Shown here piece after piece: positions 22,520 through 32,079 of a stretch of DNA of 64,000 nucleotides. Where the stretch lies: contig CAVRCJ010000004.1 in assembly GCA_963719515.1 (NCBI GenBank), positions 64,001 through 128,000 of the forward strand. The letters run 5' to 3'. Each line of letters opens with the position of its first letter. The first letter of the stretch is position 1. The translations under genes and the position numbers were made by a program. The stretch comes from an uncultured cyanobacterium. Its GTDB lineage: Bacteria > Cyanobacteriota > Cyanobacteriia > CAKZMO01. The notes under the pieces are model-generated. The model was not told the DNA's origin, did not search any database, and was given only the letters and a program-made list of their open reading frames with translations.

Positions 22520-23308
22520 TTGGGGGCAGCGCAGTTTCAATTTCACCACCGTCAGCAGGGCCGCGGTCCCGCTATTCTGTTTCTGCATGGCTTTATGGGC
22601 GGCGGGCGCGATTTTGACGGGGTCTCGTCGCAGCTAAGCCAGCAGCAAACCTGTCTCACGCTAGACCTCCCCGACCACGGGCAGACCGTGACAGTTCGCG
22701 GAACGTCCTACTCTATGGCCGCAGTGGCGGACAGTATTCTGGACTGGCTGGCTGCGATCGCGCCGCGCCGCTGCATCTTGGCGGGCTACTCCATGGGCGG
22801 GCGGCTAGCGCTGTACCTAGCGCTGACGGCCCCCGAGCGCTTCTCTCACCTCTTGCTCGAGTCCGCCTCTCCCGGTCTAAAAACCCCCGCCGAGCGGCAG
22901 GCCCGCATCGCTCAAGATAAAGCGCGATCGCAGCAAATCCAGCAGGACTTCGAAGAGTTTCTGCAGCGCTGGTACCAAGCGCCCATGTTCCAAAATCTGG
23001 CCCAGCAGCCTAACTTTAACGCTGTGCTGCAGCGACGACGGCAGAATGCTCCCGAGGCATTGGGGCGATCGCTCCGCTGCCTCGGGACTGGACAACAGCC
23101 CTCCCTATGGCCGCAGCTGCACAAGCTTACTCTGCCGACGCTGCTGCTGACCGGCGAGCAGGACAAAAAATTCTGCACAATTAACGCTGAAATGGCGCAG
23201 CAAATTCCCAATGCGCAGTTGATAATGGTGGCGGGCTGCGGTCACACAATACATTTAGAGAAACCAGCTCGGTATGTGCAAGCGATCGCTGCTTTAGCTA
23301 GTTCGTGA
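22520..23308 (+). CDS. menH: 2-succinyl-6-hydroxy-2,4-cyclohexadiene-1-carboxylate synthase
   Basis: FLHGFMG, GYSMGGRLAL, LESASPGL, GTGQQPSLW, GEQDKKF, GHTIHLE. Confidence 0.9.
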   Translation: MGAAQFQFHHRQQGRGPAILFLHGFMGGGRDFDGVSSQLSQQQTCLTLDLPDHGQTVTVRGTSYSMAAVADSILDWLAAIAPRRCILAGYSMGGRLALYLALTAPERFSHLLLESASPGLKTPAERQARIAQDKARSQQIQQDFEEFLQRWYQAPMFQNLAQQPNFNAVLQRRRQNAPEALGRSLRCLGTGQQPSLWPQLHKLTLPTLLLTGEQDKKFCTINAEMAQQIPNAQLIMVAGCGHTIHLEKPARYVQAIAALASS

Positions 23309-23746
23309 AAGCCCCGCGCTGTATGCGCAGCATCAGCGTCGGGATGTGAGCGAGCGAGTCGAGGTGCGCCCTTAACTGGATGCCGAAGGCGGCAATTAAG
23401 GGCAGCGCCGAGGCGAGCAAAGGGTACAATTGAACCAAGCTCAAACTATTTCATGGCGGCGGCCTGCTATCCTGACACAAACGTACAGCCCTGGGCTGGT
23501 GAACAGTGCAGACGGTAGAAAACGTAGCTGGAAATTGAATACTCGTCACTGTCTGGGGTTGGTCATTGCCTGGACATTAAACAAATCGCCTGTCGATGGG
23601 ATCTAATCGGGGTTGCACGGCTTGCTGCGTAACTAGACAGGACCAGATGAAGCAGGATACCTTCTTGCGCGGCATCCATTAAATTGTGGTGCGTGAGCCA
23701 AGAAGCCCGCGCTCTATCTAAAAGATGAGCGTCGGGAGTATGTCAC
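23298..23746 (+). mobile_element. Non-autonomous IS200/IS605-derived element A (no ORF)
   Basis: Follows TTTAG. Left hairpin CCCGCGCTGTATGCGCAGCATCAGCGTCGGGA, right hairpin CCCGCGCTCTATCTAAAAGATGAGCGTCGGGA, ending GTCAC. Homologous over its length to 37934-38372. Confidence 0.8.
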
Positions 23747-23787
23747 TCGGGACAAAGTCTGATACTTGACCTATCTTCGTGGCTGCT

Positions 23788-23830
23788 GACGCTCAACCGC
23801 CGATAGAGTCTAGGGCTTCCCGTCTAGTCG
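23788..23830 (-). mobile_element. Isolated degenerate IS200/IS605 left end (element D)
   Basis: GGGCTTCCCGTCTAGTCGCTAAA is identical to the left end plus TTTAG of the element at 37075-37466. Confidence 0.65.
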
Positions 23831-23973
23831 CTAAATGCAACGGCATTGGTTACCTGCTGCTGCAATCAATGGCTTCTACCAGGTTACGCTGGCCCTCCAA
23901 TCCCCCCACGGCCACTTGACCCACTCGGAACTGATACACTCATAGTCGGCGTGAACCCTCAGGTTTAGGACCT

Positions 23974-24804
23974 ATGTACCCACCCGTTGACCCCATCATC
24001 TTTGAGTTTGGCCCCATTGCCCTGCGCTGGTACGGCCTCCTGATGATGCTCGCCATCTTGACAGGGGCAACCCTAGCGAGCCGCTACGTTGGCCGCCAGG
24101 GGCAAGACCCGGATGACTTCTGGGACATGCTGATTTGGGTGCTGATTCCTGCCTTCATTGGGGCCAGACTGTACTACGTGTTCATCCAGTCGCCGCGCGG
24201 TGAAGATGGCCTGCAGTATTACCTGTCGAATCCGGCGGAGATTTTTAAGATTTGGAGCGGCGGCATCCACATTTTTGGGGCGTTTATTGCGGGTACGCTG
24301 GCGCTGTGGCTCTATACGCGGCTGCGTAATTTACCCGCCTTGGTCTTTTTAGACGGCATTGCTTTAGGCTTGCCTTTGGCCCAGGCTATTGGCCGCTGGG
24401 GCAACTTCATCAACCAGGAGCTGTACGGCCCGCCGACTGACCTATCTTGGGGACTGCGCATCGACCCGCGCCACCGCATTGGGCCGTACCGCGACCTAGC
24501 TGAATATGACCAGAGCACCCGCTTTCATCCCCTATTTTTATATGAGTCGCTGTGGAATTTTGCGGGATTTGCGCTGATTTTCTGGATTTCCCGGCGCTTT
24601 AAGCTCAGAGATGGAGATTTGGCTCTGCTGTACCTAATTTGGTATCCCTTGGGTCGGTTTTTCATCGAGTTCCTGCGTACGGACTCCTGGTTTTTCCCAG
24701 GAACGCCGTTCAACGTGGTGCATATTTTGTGTGCGATCGCCGTCATTGCCGCAAGCGTTACCCTGTATTTACGGCGTCAGCGTCAGCAGTCAGCAGTTCA
24801 GTGA
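23974..24804 (+). CDS. lgt: Prolipoprotein diacylglyceryl transferase
   Basis: RWYG, GARLYYV, AQAIGRWGNFINQELYG, HPLFLYES, RFFIEFLR. Confidence 0.95.
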   Translation: MYPPVDPIIFEFGPIALRWYGLLMMLAILTGATLASRYVGRQGQDPDDFWDMLIWVLIPAFIGARLYYVFIQSPRGEDGLQYYLSNPAEIFKIWSGGIHIFGAFIAGTLALWLYTRLRNLPALVFLDGIALGLPLAQAIGRWGNFINQELYGPPTDLSWGLRIDPRHRIGPYRDLAEYDQSTRFHPLFLYESLWNFAGFALIFWISRRFKLRDGDLALLYLIWYPLGRFFIEFLRTDSWFFPGTPFNVVHILCAIAVIAASVTLYLRRQRQQSAVQ

Positions 24805-24823
24805 GCTACCGTAACGATTACCT

Positions 24824-26218
24824 ATGGCTCCCCCTTCCCCCCGTCTAATTATCATCGGTCTCGACTGCATGGAGCCCTCCCTGGTCTTCGAGCAGTGGCA
24901 GGGCGACCTGCCCAACCTATCGCGGCTGATGGCCCAAGGCAGCTATGGCCGCCTAGAGAGCAGCATTCCTGCCATCACCGTCCCGGCCTGGAGCTGCATG
25001 ACCAGCGGGCGCGACCCTGGCGAGCTGGGCATCTACGGCTTTCGCAACCGCCGCAGTCGCGACTATCACAGCATGGCCATCTCCGACGGGCGGGCGGTGA
25101 AGATGCCGCGCCTGTGGGACATCCTAGGGGATGCGGGCTGGCAGGTGGCGGTGCTCAGCGTACCGGGCACCTCGCCCCCCTACCCGGTGAACGGCTCGCT
25201 GGTGTCCTGCTTCCTCACCCCCAACACCGATGGCCCCTTCACCCATCCCCCCGAGCTGGCGGAGCAGATCCGCGACTGGATGCCCGACTTTATGCTGGAC
25301 GTGCCCCAGTTCCGCTCCAACGACAAAGCGCGGATTTTGGATAACCTCTACACCCTCTGCGACCAGCGCTTTACCCTAGCGGAAAAGCTAATCCACAGGG
25401 ACAGCCCCGACATGCTGATGCTGGTGGACATGGCCACCGATCGCATCCACCACTCGTTCTGGAAGCCCATGGACCCCCGCCATCCCCAGTACGAGCCGGA
25501 CTCGCCCTACAAAAGCGCCATTCACGACTACTACTGCCACGTGGACCAGCGCATTGGTGAGTTGCTGAACCACTGCAGCGATGAGACGGCGGTGCTAGTG
25601 GTGTCAGACCACGGCGCTCGCCCGCTGATGGGGGGCGTGTGCATTAACGAGTGGCTGATGGCCCAGGGCTACCTGACGCTCAAGGAGACGCCTAGCGAGG
25701 TTGTCTCTCTAGATCAAGCCGAAGTGGACTGGAGCAAAACTAAAGTCTGGGGCGCGGGAGGATACTACGCCCGCATCTTTATTAACGTGGAGGGCCGGGA
25801 GCCGGAGGGCGTGGTGCCCATGGCGGAATACGAGGGGCTGCGATCGCGCCTGGCCGACCAGCTCAAAACCCTCACTGACCCAGAGGGCAATCCCCTCGTC
25901 GTGAAGGTGTTCAGGCCCCAGGAGATTTACCGGCGGGTGCGGGGCATGGCCCCCGACCTAATCGTTTATTTTGACGACTTGGCCTGGCGCTCTATTGGTT
26001 CGGTGGGCATCGGGGCGCTGCACACCACCGACAACGACACCGGCCCCGACGACGCCAACCATGCCCCCTTCGGGATGATGATTTTCCACGACCCCAAAGA
26101 TCCAAAGGGAGGTCAAGTGCTGGAGGGGGCTCAGCTCTACGACATTTTGCCGACGCTGCTGTCGCGCTACGGGCTTCAAGCACCGTCTGGGCTGCGGGGC
26201 AGGGTGCTGCCGGTCTAG
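24824..26218 (+). CDS. Alkaline phosphatase superfamily / type I phosphodiesterase
   Basis: IIGLDC, PAITVPAW, DRIHHSFW, VSDHG, DDANH. Confidence 0.88.
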   Translation: MAPPSPRLIIIGLDCMEPSLVFEQWQGDLPNLSRLMAQGSYGRLESSIPAITVPAWSCMTSGRDPGELGIYGFRNRRSRDYHSMAISDGRAVKMPRLWDILGDAGWQVAVLSVPGTSPPYPVNGSLVSCFLTPNTDGPFTHPPELAEQIRDWMPDFMLDVPQFRSNDKARILDNLYTLCDQRFTLAEKLIHRDSPDMLMLVDMATDRIHHSFWKPMDPRHPQYEPDSPYKSAIHDYYCHVDQRIGELLNHCSDETAVLVVSDHGARPLMGGVCINEWLMAQGYLTLKETPSEVVSLDQAEVDWSKTKVWGAGGYYARIFINVEGREPEGVVPMAEYEGLRSRLADQLKTLTDPEGNPLVVKVFRPQEIYRRVRGMAPDLIVYFDDLAWRSIGSVGIGALHTTDNDTGPDDANHAPFGMMIFHDPKDPKGGQVLEGAQLYDILPTLLSRYGLQAPSGLRGRVLPV

Positions 26219-26320
26219 CCAACGCTATGACCGCTGCTTAGGTGCTGTATGGGTGGCCCTAAGCGGCGAGCAGGGCAATTGCTAGATAGGGTGCGGATTT
26301 TTTTGAGGCGATCGTGGTTA

Positions 26321-26444
26321 CAACACTCCGGACAGTTTTTGATGATCAACGAGAGAATGAGGGTTTTAGCCCTCTCTTACGATAGTTGAGCGAACGAGAA
26401 ATCAAGGGTTTCAGCGATCGCCTAGAAAATTGTCCGGACTATTG
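26321..26444. mobile_element. MITE with about 19 bp terminal inverted repeats
   Basis: CAACACTCCGGACAGTTTT ... AAAATTGTCCGGACTATTG (3 mismatches), with no ORF between. Confidence 0.6.
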
Positions 26445-26508
26445 AAGAGATAGACTCAAAACAAAATAAAATTAACCATTTAACCATTTCGATAGCTGTC
26501 ATCAGGTC

Positions 26509-27690
26509 ATGAATCAAGAGCATGTAAACAATTTGGATAAAGGTAAAAATTTTTGGAATGAATGGCGAAAACATAATGCAGACATAGAACCTGACTTTAA
26601 AGAAGCTCAGTTAACTGATATGGATTCGCATTTAATCGCTCCCTTGAAGCGGAGAGATTTAAGAGGCTATGATTTGAGCAGAGCTAATTTTTGGCGGGCA
26701 AACTTTAGAGCCGTAGATTTGACTGAGGCAAATTTATCTAGAGCACACCTTAATCAAGCAATTTTAGAAGAAGCTGATCTAACTAGAGCTAATTTGCAAA
26801 GTGCTTGGGTTGAAGGAGCAAATCTATGTAAAGCCTCATTGCAGGAAGCTAATTTATGTTCAGCTCAGCTATGGAGATCAGATTTATCTAGAGCAGATTG
26901 TAGTAGTGCCTTCTTTTGTCAAGCTAATTTAGGTGCTGCTGATTTATTCAAGGCAAATTTTAGCAATACTTGTTTGCGAAATTCTAACCTTATGGGTGCG
27001 CGGCTTGTAGAAACTAATTTTAGGAATGTAGATCTTACAGGTAGTTCAATCTGGGGAATATCTGCTTGGGATTTAAATTTAGAAGGCGCAAATCAAGACA
27101 ATTTAGTAATTACACCTAAAGGTTCTTCTACCATTACAGTGGATAATCTTGAAGTTGCTCAATTTACATATTTACTGCTCAACAATCAGAAGCTCCGTAA
27201 CATAATCGACACCATTACATCTAAAGCGGTGCTGATTTTAGGGCGATTTACTCAAGAACGTAAAATAGTGTTAGATGCGATAAGAGATGCACTAAGACAG
27301 CACAATTTTGTCCCGATGATATTTGATTTCGACCGCCCCAGTGATCGAGACTTTACCGAAACAATTGTGACCCTGACCGGGATGTGCCGATTTGTTATAG
27401 CAGATATTACAAACCCGAAATCAAGTCCTCTTGAGCTACAGGCAACAGTGCCAAACTATATGATTCCTTTCGTTCCTATTCTTCAGAAGGGAGAAAATCC
27501 CTTCTCAATGTTTCGAGATCTCCGAAATAAATATGATTGGGTATTAGATACTCTAGTTTATGACTCTACAGAGAATTTACTTAAAGGGTTGAACAAAGCT
27601 GTTATTTATCCTGCTTTGCAAAAGAGTGAAGAGCTTATGTTAAGGAAAGCCAGTGAGTTAAAGACTAGAGATATTCATGATTATTTATAG
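26509..27690 (+). CDS. Pentapeptide-repeat protein with C-terminal TIR/NDT-like alpha/beta domain
   Basis: A(N/D)Lxx repeats at about aa 50-195, then VLILGRF...RFVIADITNPKSSPLEL...PFVPIL. Markedly AT-rich, with no HIP1 site seen. Confidence 0.85.
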   Translation: MNQEHVNNLDKGKNFWNEWRKHNADIEPDFKEAQLTDMDSHLIAPLKRRDLRGYDLSRANFWRANFRAVDLTEANLSRAHLNQAILEEADLTRANLQSAWVEGANLCKASLQEANLCSAQLWRSDLSRADCSSAFFCQANLGAADLFKANFSNTCLRNSNLMGARLVETNFRNVDLTGSSIWGISAWDLNLEGANQDNLVITPKGSSTITVDNLEVAQFTYLLLNNQKLRNIIDTITSKAVLILGRFTQERKIVLDAIRDALRQHNFVPMIFDFDRPSDRDFTETIVTLTGMCRFVIADITNPKSSPLELQATVPNYMIPFVPILQKGENPFSMFRDLRNKYDWVLDTLVYDSTENLLKGLNKAVIYPALQKSEELMLRKASELKTRDIHDYL

Positions 27691-27760
27691 TAATGTTGAC
27701 CTGATTTTTTATACTTGTTTAACCCATAAATGTTTAAGTTATTTTAGTTAAGTAATAGAG

Positions 27761-27846
27761 GTCTAACACTTCACGGCAGCGGACGGACGGAAGCCGTTGG
27801 TGCTGAGTTCTGGGTTATCTGCCGCCGCTGCGTTTTGCCGTTAGAC
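27761..27846 (+). mobile_element. Integron attC-like recombination site
   Basis: R'' GTCTAAC and R' GTTAGAC are complementary. ACGGCAGCGGACGG pairs with CCGCCGCTGCGT leaving two extrahelical bases. It lies 70 bp after the stop of the AT-rich gene. Confidence 0.75.
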
Positions 27847-27909
27847 AAATGCTTCAACATGCCCCATCGGCTACGGGATAGAATGCTACCGGCGTGATTA
27901 ATGTAGCAA

Positions 27910-28887
27910 TTAGCCCGGGTAGTGACAGGCGACGTAATGATCATCGCCGCTAGGCTGGAGCATCGGCAGAACCTGTTGGCAGCGATCGCCTCCCTTGGGG
28001 CAGCGGCCATAGAGCCGGCAAACCTGAGGCGAGGGGTTGATGGGGCTGCGGGGTTCACCCGTCAGAGGAATACGAGGCGGACGGCCTTCAAAGCTAGGAA
28101 TAGCCGAGACTAGAGCCTGGGTGTAGGGGTGCTGGGGATGGTTGAAGATTTGGTCTGTGGGCCCCGTTTCCACCAGCTTGCCCAGGTACATCACCAAAAT
28201 GCGATCGCACAGCAGCCGCACCACGTTTAGGTCGTGGGAGACGAACAGGTAGCTCATGTTCAGCTGCGATCGCAGGTCGGCCAGCAAATGTAAAATCACC
28301 GCCTGCACCGACACGTCTAGCGCCGAGGTGGGCTCATCCAAAATCAGCAGCTTCGGGCTGAGGGCGATCGCCCGCGCAATTCCCACCCGCGCCTTTTGGC
28401 CCCCAGAAAGCTGATGGGGAAAGCGGCCTAGCAGTTCGGGCGGCAGGCCCACCTGCTGGGCTAGCGCCATGGTCCGCTGCTGCATTTGCTGGCGGCTGCG
28501 CTTGTCCCCAAGTCGCCGGATAGGCTCTGTGATCGTGTCAAAGGCCGTGAACCGGGGGTTGAGGCTGTCGCTGGGGTCTTGAAACACCATCTGCAGCTCG
28601 GGCCGATGGGCGCTGTGGGCAAAGGTGCCAACTGGGATGCGGCCAATATCGACGCCGTCAAACGCGATCGCCCCTGCGGTGGGTTCTAGCAGGCGGGCAA
28701 TGAGGCGAATTAGCGTCGACTTGCCGCAGCCCGACTCTCCCACAAGCCCGACGCTTTCCCCTGGCGCAATGGTGAGGTCGATGCCGTCCACGGCGTGGAG
28801 CGATCGCTTGGGGCTGGGCATCAGCGGCCAGGAGAACCCGGACGGCGCGACGGGGAAGTGTTTTTCGAGTCCGGTGACTTGGAGCAT
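27910..28887 (-). CDS. Dpp/Opp-family ABC transporter ATP-binding protein (F-type)
   Basis: [24 protein letters not shown] and a C-terminal oligopeptide-transport cysteine domain. Confidence 0.93.
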   Translation of the reverse strand: MLQVTGLEKHFPVAPSGFSWPLMPSPKRSLHAVDGIDLTIAPGESVGLVGESGCGKSTLIRLIARLLEPTAGAIAFDGVDIGRIPVGTFAHSAHRPELQMVFQDPSDSLNPRFTAFDTITEPIRRLGDKRSRQQMQQRTMALAQQVGLPPELLGRFPHQLSGGQKARVGIARAIALSPKLLILDEPTSALDVSVQAVILHLLADLRSQLNMSYLFVSHDLNVVRLLCDRILVMYLGKLVETGPTDQIFNHPQHPYTQALVSAIPSFEGRPPRIPLTGEPRSPINPSPQVCRLYGRCPKGGDRCQQVLPMLQPSGDDHYVACHYPG

Positions 28888-28937
28888 TTTGAGGCTGTGC
28901 TTACAGGTGTTTAACTAAGGCTGTCGGTTTACTCCCC

Positions 28938-29996
28938 TCAGTCCCCCCTTGCCAAGGGGGGAAGTTCGGTCTGCGGCGCTGGTGCGGCTGGCATAGGGAA
29001 GTCAAAGGGCGATAAAGGGTGCCAGCAGGCCACCGCGTGGTCGGCCCCTACGGTTTCGTAGGGCAGCGGATTTTGGTGGCAGGTGTCGGTAGCGCGATCG
29101 CAGCGGCTGATGAACCGGCAGGGGGGGAGGTCGGAGCGGCGTAGGTCCGGCAGGTTGCCCAAAATGGGAATCAGGTCGTTAAAGCCTTTGTGGGGTTCTG
29201 GGGTGGCGGCGATTAGCTTAGCGGTGTAGGGGTGGCGCGGCTGGCGAAATAGGGTGTGGGTAGGGGCGCTCTCGACGACGTGGCCCGCATGCATGACTAA
29301 GATGCGATCGCAATATTCTGAGGCCATGGCCAGGTCGTGGGTAATGACGATGGTGGCCATCTGCTGCCCTGTGGCCAGCTGCTTAAGCAAGGTCATCACC
29401 GTAGCCTGGGTGGTGACGTCCAGACCTGTGGTGGGCTCATCTGCGATCAGAAGGTCGGGGGAGCAGGCCAGGGCTAGGGCAATCATCACCCGCTGGCAGA
29501 GCCCGCCTGAAAGCTCGTAGGGGTAGGCCTTATAGCGCTGCTGAGGGTCGGGGATGTTGACGCTGGCCAAGAGTTCCACGGCGCGGGATTTGAGCTGTGG
29601 TCGAGGCAGCTCGGTGTGGCAGCGCAGTACGTCGGTGAGCTGCTTGCCCACCTGACGGATGGGGTTGAGGGCGACCCGAGGATTTTGGAAGATCATCGAC
29701 AGCTCTTTGCCCCGCAGCGATCGCAGCCGCCTTTCTGGGAATTTGAGTAAGTTACAGAGTCCTTCGGGCTGCTGCCAGAGAATTTCTCCGGCGGTTACTT
29801 CCCCGGCGCGGTCTAGAATTCCAAGGATGGTCAGCGCCAGCACCGATTTCCCGGAGCCGCTCTCGCCCACGATGCCGAGGGTTTCGCCTCGGTTGATCTG
29901 GAAGCTAACGTTTTCTAGGGCGTTGACGGTGCCGCTGCGGGTGCGGAATTCGACGGACAGTCCCCGAACGGTGAGGAGGCTTTCGTTGTCGCTCAT
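28938..29996 (-). CDS. Dpp/Opp-family ABC transporter ATP-binding protein (D-type)
   Basis: [26 protein letters not shown]. Confidence 0.93.
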   Translation of the reverse strand: MSDNESLLTVRGLSVEFRTRSGTVNALENVSFQINRGETLGIVGESGSGKSVLALTILGILDRAGEVTAGEILWQQPEGLCNLLKFPERRLRSLRGKELSMIFQNPRVALNPIRQVGKQLTDVLRCHTELPRPQLKSRAVELLASVNIPDPQQRYKAYPYELSGGLCQRVMIALALACSPDLLIADEPTTGLDVTTQATVMTLLKQLATGQQMATIVITHDLAMASEYCDRILVMHAGHVVESAPTHTLFRQPRHPYTAKLIAATPEPHKGFNDLIPILGNLPDLRRSDLPPCRFISRCDRATDTCHQNPLPYETVGADHAVACWHPLSPFDFPMPAAPAPQTELPPLARGD

Positions 29997-30166
29997 TTTG
30001 TCCTCCCATTCCTCATCACAACTTGACAGCGCAGCGTTTTTGGACCAGGGCTAAATGCGCCTCCATTAACGCTTTACTTCCCCTAGATACCGCCGTTTGC
30101 AGGGGGTTTGGGGGAGTCAACTCGTCCCCCAGATGGGGGTTTGGGGGCCTGCCCCCAAGCAGCCGG

Positions 30167-31054
30167 TTACGTTCGCATCCTCGGGTCAATCAAATCCCGC
30201 AGCCCATCCCCCAGCAAATTAAAACAAAACACCGCCAGCATCAGCACCATCCCCGGAAATATCGCCAGCCACCACTCCCCCGAAATAATATACGTCGCTC
30301 CCTCGGCGACCATAATCCCCCACTCCGGCGTCGGCGGACGCACCCCCAGACCAATAAACGACAGCCCCGCCGCATTCAGCATCGCCCAGCCCATATTCAG
30401 CGAAATATGCACCATCATCACCGGCAGCACGTTGGGAAACAGGTGCGCCGCCATAATCCGCAGGTGGCTATTGCCCGCGAGCCGCGCCGCCTCCACGTAG
30501 CCCGCCTCCCGCCGCACCAAAATCTCAGAGCGCACCACCCGCGTATAGAGCGGCAAATTGATCACCGCAGTGGCGTAGATGATGTTCTCCACGGTGTTGC
30601 CCAGGGCGGCCACTAGGCCCATGGCCAAAATAAACAGCGGAAACGCCATCAGCGTGTCGATGACGCGGCTGATAAGGCGATCGCACCAGCCGCCGAAGTA
30701 GCCGGCGCAGGTGCCCAAGATGCTGCCCAGGACAAAGGACAAGGCCACGGCCACTACCGCAATCCCCAGGTCCAGCCGCGTCGCTACCATCACCCGGCTG
30801 AGCACGTCTCTCCCCAGGGCATCGGTGCCAAACCAGTGAGCCATAGAGGGGGGCGATAGGGCCATGGCTGCGTTGCTGGCCAGCGGGTCGTAGGGGGCGA
30901 TCGCGTTCCCCAGCAGCGCCAGCAGCACCAGGCCAGAGAACATCAGGAAGGCCCCAAAGGTGACCGGGTTTTCGCTGATGACGTAGCGGGCCTGGTCTAG
31001 GGTCGCTTTGAAGGGCGAGGCGCTGGGGGGTTTGCTATGCGAGGGCGCTGTCAT
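30167..31054 (-). CDS. Dpp/Opp-family ABC permease (C-type)
   Basis: HWFGTDALGRDVLSR, EAA loop, LSFIGLG...PEWG. Confidence 0.93.
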   Translation of the reverse strand: MTAPSHSKPPSASPFKATLDQARYVISENPVTFGAFLMFSGLVLLALLGNAIAPYDPLASNAAMALSPPSMAHWFGTDALGRDVLSRVMVATRLDLGIAVVAVALSFVLGSILGTCAGYFGGWCDRLISRVIDTLMAFPLFILAMGLVAALGNTVENIIYATAVINLPLYTRVVRSEILVRREAGYVEAARLAGNSHLRIMAAHLFPNVLPVMMVHISLNMGWAMLNAAGLSFIGLGVRPPTPEWGIMVAEGATYIISGEWWLAIFPGMVLMLAVFCFNLLGDGLRDLIDPRMRT

Positions 31055-32076
31055 TCCACACCTGCCCGAGGGTCAATTACGGTGTACAGCAAGTCGATTA
31101 GCAGGTTTAGCACCACGTAGAGCAGCGCCATGGTGAGCACAAATCCCTGCACCGCCGCGTAGTCGGAGGCAATTAGGGCCGACACCGCGTAGGAGCCAAT
31201 CCCCGGCCAGGCGAACACCTTCTCCACCAGCACGTTCGCCCCCAGCAAAAAGGAAAATACTACCCCCAGCGTGGTGACCACCGGCAGCATGGCGTTGCGA
31301 AAAGCATAGGCAAACAGCACCGTGTGGGCGGCCAGTCCGCTAGCGCGGGCGGTGCGGATGAAGTCGCTGGAGAGCACCCCCAGCATGGCGGCGCGGGTGA
31401 CGCGGGCTAACGGCGCGAGGGCAAACAGCCCTAGGGTAATGGCGGGCAGAATCAGCTGGCCTAGGGCAGCGCCGAAGGTATCCAAGTCTCCGGCCAGCAG
31501 GCTATCTACTAGGAACAGCCCCGTCACGGGGTTTGGAGCCGAGTAGAGCAGGGCCAGTCGACCCAGGGGGGCAGGGGCGATGCCGAGGCGAAAGTAGAAG
31601 ACGTAGATCAGCAGCAGCCCCGTGAAGAAGGTGGGCAGGGACACCCCCGCCGTGGCCAATACCCGCACCCCATGGTCAATCCAAGAGCCCGGACGGGTGG
31701 CCGCTAGAATGCCCAGCGGCAGGGCTAAGCTGAGAGAAAACAGCAGCCCCGCTAGGGTTAGCTCCAGGGAGGCGGGCAGTCGCGTCAGCAGGTCTGACAT
31801 CACCGTTTGCCCCGTGGTCAGGGAGTTGCCCAAATCCCCCCGCAGCAGTTCCCCCACGTAGATCAAGAACTGCTCGGGCAGGCTGCGGTCCAGCCCTAGG
31901 GTGACGCGAATTTGGTCGATGGCCTCCTGGCTGGCCGCTGGCCCGGCAAAGTAGGCCGCTGGGTCCCCCGGTAGCGATCGCGTCAGCACGAAGGTGACCA
32001 CAATCACGCCAATGACGCTGGGAACGGCGGCGAGGATGCGGCGAAGGATAATCGTGATTGTGGAGGGCCGGGCCAT
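31051..32076 (-). CDS. Dpp/Opp-family ABC permease (B-type)
   Basis: LPGDPA, GDLGNS, DFIRTARASG, VEKVFAWPGIG. Confidence 0.93.
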   Translation of the reverse strand: MARPSTITIILRRILAAVPSVIGVIVVTFVLTRSLPGDPAAYFAGPAASQEAIDQIRVTLGLDRSLPEQFLIYVGELLRGDLGNSLTTGQTVMSDLLTRLPASLELTLAGLLFSLSLALPLGILAATRPGSWIDHGVRVLATAGVSLPTFFTGLLLIYVFYFRLGIAPAPLGRLALLYSAPNPVTGLFLVDSLLAGDLDTFGAALGQLILPAITLGLFALAPLARVTRAAMLGVLSSDFIRTARASGLAAHTVLFAYAFRNAMLPVVTTLGVVFSFLLGANVLVEKVFAWPGIGSYAVSALIASDYAAVQGFVLTMALLYVVLNLLIDLLYTVIDPRAGVE

Positions 32077-32079
32077 GAG

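Noticed and set aside
26468..26492. TTAACCAT-TTAACCAT as a Pho box
   Set aside because: The period is 8 bp rather than the 11 bp expected for SphR/PhoB boxes.
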